Shown one piece after another: positions 60,505-64,000 of a stretch of DNA of 64,000 nt (position 1 is its first letter; the number at the start of each line of letters is the position of its first letter). This DNA comes from Candidatus Eiseniibacteriota bacterium. GTDB taxonomy: Bacteria > Eisenbacteria > RBG-16-71-46 > CAIMUX01 > VGJL01. Position numbers and translations under genes: made by a program. The notes beneath the pieces are model-generated. The model was not told where the DNA came from. It did not search any database and saw nothing but the letters and a program-made list of their open reading frames with translations. Location of the stretch: positions 1,504,001 through 1,568,000 of the forward strand of contig CAWBWI010000001.1 in the NCBI GenBank assembly GCA_963792585.1, written 5' to 3'.

Positions 60505-62562
60505 ATGGACATGACCGGCGGAATCATGGGCGTGCTGTTCCTGCTCCTCCTGGGGGCGATCGTCTCGACGCTCCTCGCGCCGCGGCGAAGAGCGTGCGCG
60601 TGGGTTTCGTTCGTATGGATCGGCGCGGCAGCCCTCTGGATCGCCGGAATCGCGATCCGGGCCCTCACGGGTCAAGGGGGAGAGCCCGGTCCGGCGCTCT
60701 TCCGGATCCCGGTGCTCAATACCTCACTCGTCTTCGGCGTCGATCCGCTATCGGCCATCTTCCTGCTCGTGATCGCCCTGCTGGCGGTCGTCTCGTCCCT
60801 CTACTCGGTCGGCTACATCACGCACCCCCACTATGGGAGGGAAAGCCTGACGCGGTATTATCCCTTCCTGTTCATCTTCCTGATGGGGATGATCGGCGTG
60901 GTCGTTTCCTGGGATCTCTTCCTGTTCCTCGTCTTCTGGGAGGTGATGACGCTCACCTCCTATTTCCTGGTCGTCTTCGAGACGGACAATCCGACGAGCC
61001 TCAAGGCCGGCTTCAAGTACTTCGTGATGACGCACATCGCGACCGCCTGCTTGATCGCGGCGTTCCTCGTGTTGCGCCTGCGAGGCGGGAGCTTCGGATT
61101 CGAAGCGGGGCGCGTCGCGCTCCTCTCCCTGGAGGGGACCAGGCCCCTTCTCCTGCACGGCGTGCTCGCGATGATGTTCATCGGTTTCGGTACCAAGGCG
61201 GCCATCTTCCCGCTCGGCGACTGGCTCCCCGACGCGCACCCTGCCGCGCCCTCGCCGATCAGTTGCCTCCTGTCGGGTGTGATGATCAAACTCGGCGTCT
61301 ACGGCCTCTTGCGGATCTTCTTCTGGATGGCCCCCTCAGCGCACACCTACACGGTCTGGGGCGGGATCATCGCGTTCTTCGGCGCGCTCTCCCTCTTCGT
61401 CGGAACGATGGAGGCCCTCGCGCAACACGACTCGAAGCGGCTGCTCGCGTTCCACAGCATGGGGCAGATGGGGTACATCTTCCTCGGGATCGGCATCGGA
61501 ATCGCTTTCCTGCGCGTCTCCCCCGCCCTCTCGGCGGCCGGCTTCATCGGGGGCCTCTACCATCTGGTCAACCACGCCTGCTTCAAGGGGCTCCTGTTCC
61601 TGAATGCGGGTTCCGCGCTGATCCGGGGAGGATCCCGGGAAATCGATCGACTCGGCGGCCTCGCGAAATACATGCCGCTGACGGCCGCGACGGCGATCAT
61701 CGCCTCCTTCGCCATCGCCGGCGTGCCGCCCCTGAACGGCTTCGGGAGCAAGTGGCTGATCTACCAGGCCACCCTCTTCTCGGGGCTTCAGTCGCCCGTC
61801 TACCTGCTCTACGGCGTGGCCGCCCTCTTCATCTCCGCGGTCACGCTCGCCTCCTTCGTCAAGTTCCTGGGAGCGATCTTCTACGGGCAACCATCTGCGA
61901 ACGTGACGCGCAGGGCCGGCGAAGGGCTCGCCGAAGTGCCCGGCACGATGGGCACGGCGCAGGTCATCCTCGCTGTTGCGTGCGTCGTCTTCGGCCTCTT
62001 CCCCTGGCTCGTCGTCGGGGCATCCCACCGCGCCATCGCGGCTGCGCGCCCCGAGTTCTTCCCGCCCTTCGCTGCGCTCTTCTCGGGGCGCCCGATGGGA
62101 ATCAACATCAACATCGGCGAGGGAGTGACCGGGAGCTGGAACGCGGTCCCGATCCTGCTGGCCTTCGCGGCCTGCTTCCTCATCCCTCTGTTCATCTACC
62201 GCAGCGCAAGGTCGAAGGTCCGCACCGTCGCGACGTGGAACTGCGGCGAGGAGCACAGACCGGATGAAATCCGCCACCTCGCCGGCGGTTACTACGGGAC
62301 CTTCCGCTCGCTGACGGCCCCTGTCGTGGGACGGATGCGCGCGTCCGGCTTCTATCCCAAGTGGCCGCGCCTGCGCGCCCGCGGCCTCGGCGCGATCCGT
62401 CCGGTGTTCGACTTCGACTTCGTCTATCGCAGCGTCGTGGGCGCCCTGATGAAGGCGTTCGGTTGGTTCAGCCACGTCCAGGTCGGCTATCCCCAGGTCT
62501 ACGTCCTCTGGATGGCCGCAGGGCTGGTCGTCGCGATGGTTCTGCTCTTCACTCTGCCCTGA
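60505..62562 (+). CDS. Antiporter-like membrane subunit (HyfB/HycC-like)
   Basis: WEVM, WLPDAHPAAPSP, KRLLAFHS, NHA.FK, PPLNGF.SKW, WNCG tail. Confidence 0.92.
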   Translation: MDMTGGIMGVLFLLLLGAIVSTLLAPRRRACAWVSFVWIGAAALWIAGIAIRALTGQGGEPGPALFRIPVLNTSLVFGVDPLSAIFLLVIALLAVVSSLYSVGYITHPHYGRESLTRYYPFLFIFLMGMIGVVVSWDLFLFLVFWEVMTLTSYFLVVFETDNPTSLKAGFKYFVMTHIATACLIAAFLVLRLRGGSFGFEAGRVALLSLEGTRPLLLHGVLAMMFIGFGTKAAIFPLGDWLPDAHPAAPSPISCLLSGVMIKLGVYGLLRIFFWMAPSAHTYTVWGGIIAFFGALSLFVGTMEALAQHDSKRLLAFHSMGQMGYIFLGIGIGIAFLRVSPALSAAGFIGGLYHLVNHACFKGLLFLNAGSALIRGGSREIDRLGGLAKYMPLTAATAIIASFAIAGVPPLNGFGSKWLIYQATLFSGLQSPVYLLYGVAALFISAVTLASFVKFLGAIFYGQPSANVTRRAGEGLAEVPGTMGTAQVILAVACVVFGLFPWLVVGASHRAIAAARPEFFPPFAALFSGRPMGININIGEGVTGSWNAVPILLAFAACFLIPLFIYRSARSKVRTVATWNCGEEHRPDEIRHLAGGYYGTFRSLTAPVVGRMRASGFYPKWPRLRARGLGAIRPVFDFDFVYRSVVGALMKAFGWFSHVQVGYPQVYVLWMAAGLVVAMVLLFTLP

Positions 62563-62589
62563 CCCAACGGGCGGTAGGAGGTCCGAGCG

Positions 62590-64000
62590 GTGAACGGACA
62601 GCAACTGGCAGAGAAGGTTCGGGCAGGCCTCGGGGAGATCCTCCGTGACCTTCAGGAGCCCCGTCCCGGGCAGATCTACCTCACCGTGGCTCCGCGCGAC
62701 GTGCCGATTGCGGCGCGATGGGTCCACGAGTCTCTCGGCGCGCGCTTCCTGGTCACGATCGGCGCCGACACGAGAAAGATGGATGCCCCGCTGGCAGGCA
62801 GCGCCGGCATGGGTACGGTGCAGTCGTTCGTCGCCTCCCACGTCTTCTCCCTCGACGACGATCACCTCTTCCTGACCGTGCGCGCGGTCCTCGACCGCGA
62901 CAATCCGGAGATCCCGACGATCACCGATCTGATTCCGGGAGCGAAGTGGGCCGAGAACGAGATCCAGGATCTGCTCGGCGTCAAGGTCGCCGGCCACCCC
63001 GATCCGCGGCGACTCGTGCTTCCCGACGACTGGCCCGCCGGGATCTTCCCGCTCCGCAAGGAGGTGCCCTACAACCTGCGTCCGGATCCCGATCCGTCGA
63101 TGCGCCCCAAGATGAAGGAGCCGCCGGAGGGGACGACCGTCCTGCCGATCGGGCCGTTCTATCCCGTGCTGGAAGAGCCGGCCTACTTCCGCCTGTTCGT
63201 GCAGGGTGAGATCGTCGTGGATTGCGATTACCGGGGCTTCTACAACCATCGGGGGATCGAAAAGCTCGGCGACAGCACGCTGTCCTACAACCAGGTCCCC
63301 TTCCTGGCCGAGAGGATCTGCGGAATCTGCGGCTTCATCCACTCGACCTGCTACGTCGAGGCGACGGAGACGGCGATCGGGATCCGCGCTCCCCGCCGCG
63401 CCCGCGTCATCCGGACCCTCCTGCTCGAGATCGAGCGGATTCACAGCCACCTTCTCTGGCTCGGGATCGCCGGTCACATCATCGGCTTCGACACGGTGCT
63501 CATGCAGAGCTGGCGCATTCGCGAGCCGGTCATGTGGCTCTGCGAGACGATCACGGGTCACCGGAAGACGTACGGGATGAACCTGGTCGGCGGGGTGCGC
63601 AAGGACGTCCCCCGCGAGATGTACCAGGAGATCCTCGACGTGGTGGCAAAGATCGAGAAAGAATCGGTGGCGGTCGTGAAGGCGGTCGGCGGCGACTCAT
63701 CGCTCGCCGCGCGCCTGAAGAACGTCGGCACGCTCACGAACGAGGATGCCCGCGCGATCTGCGTCGTCGGCCCGACGGCCCGCGGGAGCGGGGTCGCCAT
63801 CGACGCCCGCGTCGACCATCCATACTCCGCATACGACGAGATCGTCCCGCTCAAAATGGTCCATCCCGAGGGAGACATCTGGGCCCGCACTATGGTCCGC
63901 TTGGACGAGCTCCTCGACTCGATCCGCCTGGTGCGCGAGTCGATCCGGATGCTCGCCGAGATGCCGCCCGGCGAGATCCGGCTCGAGATCGGAAATATCC
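62590..64000 (+). CDS. Group 4 [NiFe]-hydrogenase large subunit, NuoC-NuoD fused (HycE/HyfG-like), truncated at the window edge
   Basis: Not in the ORF track; translated manually from GTG 62590 behind AGGAGG: WAENEIQDLLG, GHPDPRRL, GP..P.LEEP, HRGIEK, ERICGICGFIH (Ni-binding L1 CxxC), E.ERIHSH. Confidence 0.92.
   Translation, partial: MNGQQLAEKVRAGLGEILRDLQEPRPGQIYLTVAPRDVPIAARWVHESLGARFLVTIGADTRKMDAPLAGSAGMGTVQSFVASHVFSLDDDHLFLTVRAVLDRDNPEIPTITDLIPGAKWAENEIQDLLGVKVAGHPDPRRLVLPDDWPAGIFPLRKEVPYNLRPDPDPSMRPKMKEPPEGTTVLPIGPFYPVLEEPAYFRLFVQGEIVVDCDYRGFYNHRGIEKLGDSTLSYNQVPFLAERICGICGFIHSTCYVEATETAIGIRAPRRARVIRTLLLEIERIHSHLLWLGIAGHIIGFDTVLMQSWRIREPVMWLCETITGHRKTYGMNLVGGVRKDVPREMYQEILDVVAKIEKESVAVVKAVGGDSSLAARLKNVGTLTNEDARAICVVGPTARGSGVAIDARVDHPYSAYDEIVPLKMVHPEGDIWARTMVRLDELLDSIRLVRESIRMLAEMPPGEIRLEIGNI

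Noticed and set aside
59109..62267. 1052-aa plus-strand ORF
   Set aside because: Arg/Pro-rich off-frame shadow of the two antiporter-like genes; expected at high GC
61336..63561. 741-aa minus-strand ORF
   Set aside because: Antisense shadow of the HyfB-like and HycE-like genes

Overview
High-GC bacterial chromosomal segment from a diderm, probably an anaerobic peptide or amino-acid fermenter. Several secreted proteins with FlgD-Ig/T9SS-like C-terminal domains suggest an FCB-related candidate lineage (inference only). Contents in order: DUF190-fluC under a fluoride riboswitch; a histidine ammonia-lyase with an Ala-Cys-Gly MIO motif; secreted beta-helix, BNR and M1-peptidase proteins; ispH; nfnAB; a TonB-dependent receptor; a sigma54 two-component cluster; a sigma54-driven lipoprotein / L,D-transpeptidase / pseudo-transpeptidase operon; mutY; pdxR-pdxS-pdxT; an RluA-family gene; hflX (probable ATC start); groES-groEL; a degenerate sigma54 activator; a 2-oxoacid:ferredoxin oxidoreductase cluster with hypA/hypB/hypF; and two divergent [NiFe]-hydrogenase operons. 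One is a group 3b soluble enzyme. The other is a group 4 membrane-bound enzyme preceded by a formate-dehydrogenase-like subunit lacking its catalytic residues and its own NAD(P)H diaphorase pair. Best candidates for new systems: (i) this putative NAD(P)H-linked energy-converting hydrogenase, and (ii) a Braun-lipoprotein-like envelope-tethering operon sharing a CGTCCC-N6-GGGACG motif with a neighbouring signalling operon. Frameshifts cluster in conserved genes (hutH, ispH, M1 peptidase, nfnAB, groEL, vor) and look like long-read consensus errors. No rRNA, tRNA, CRISPR array or mobile element was recognised.
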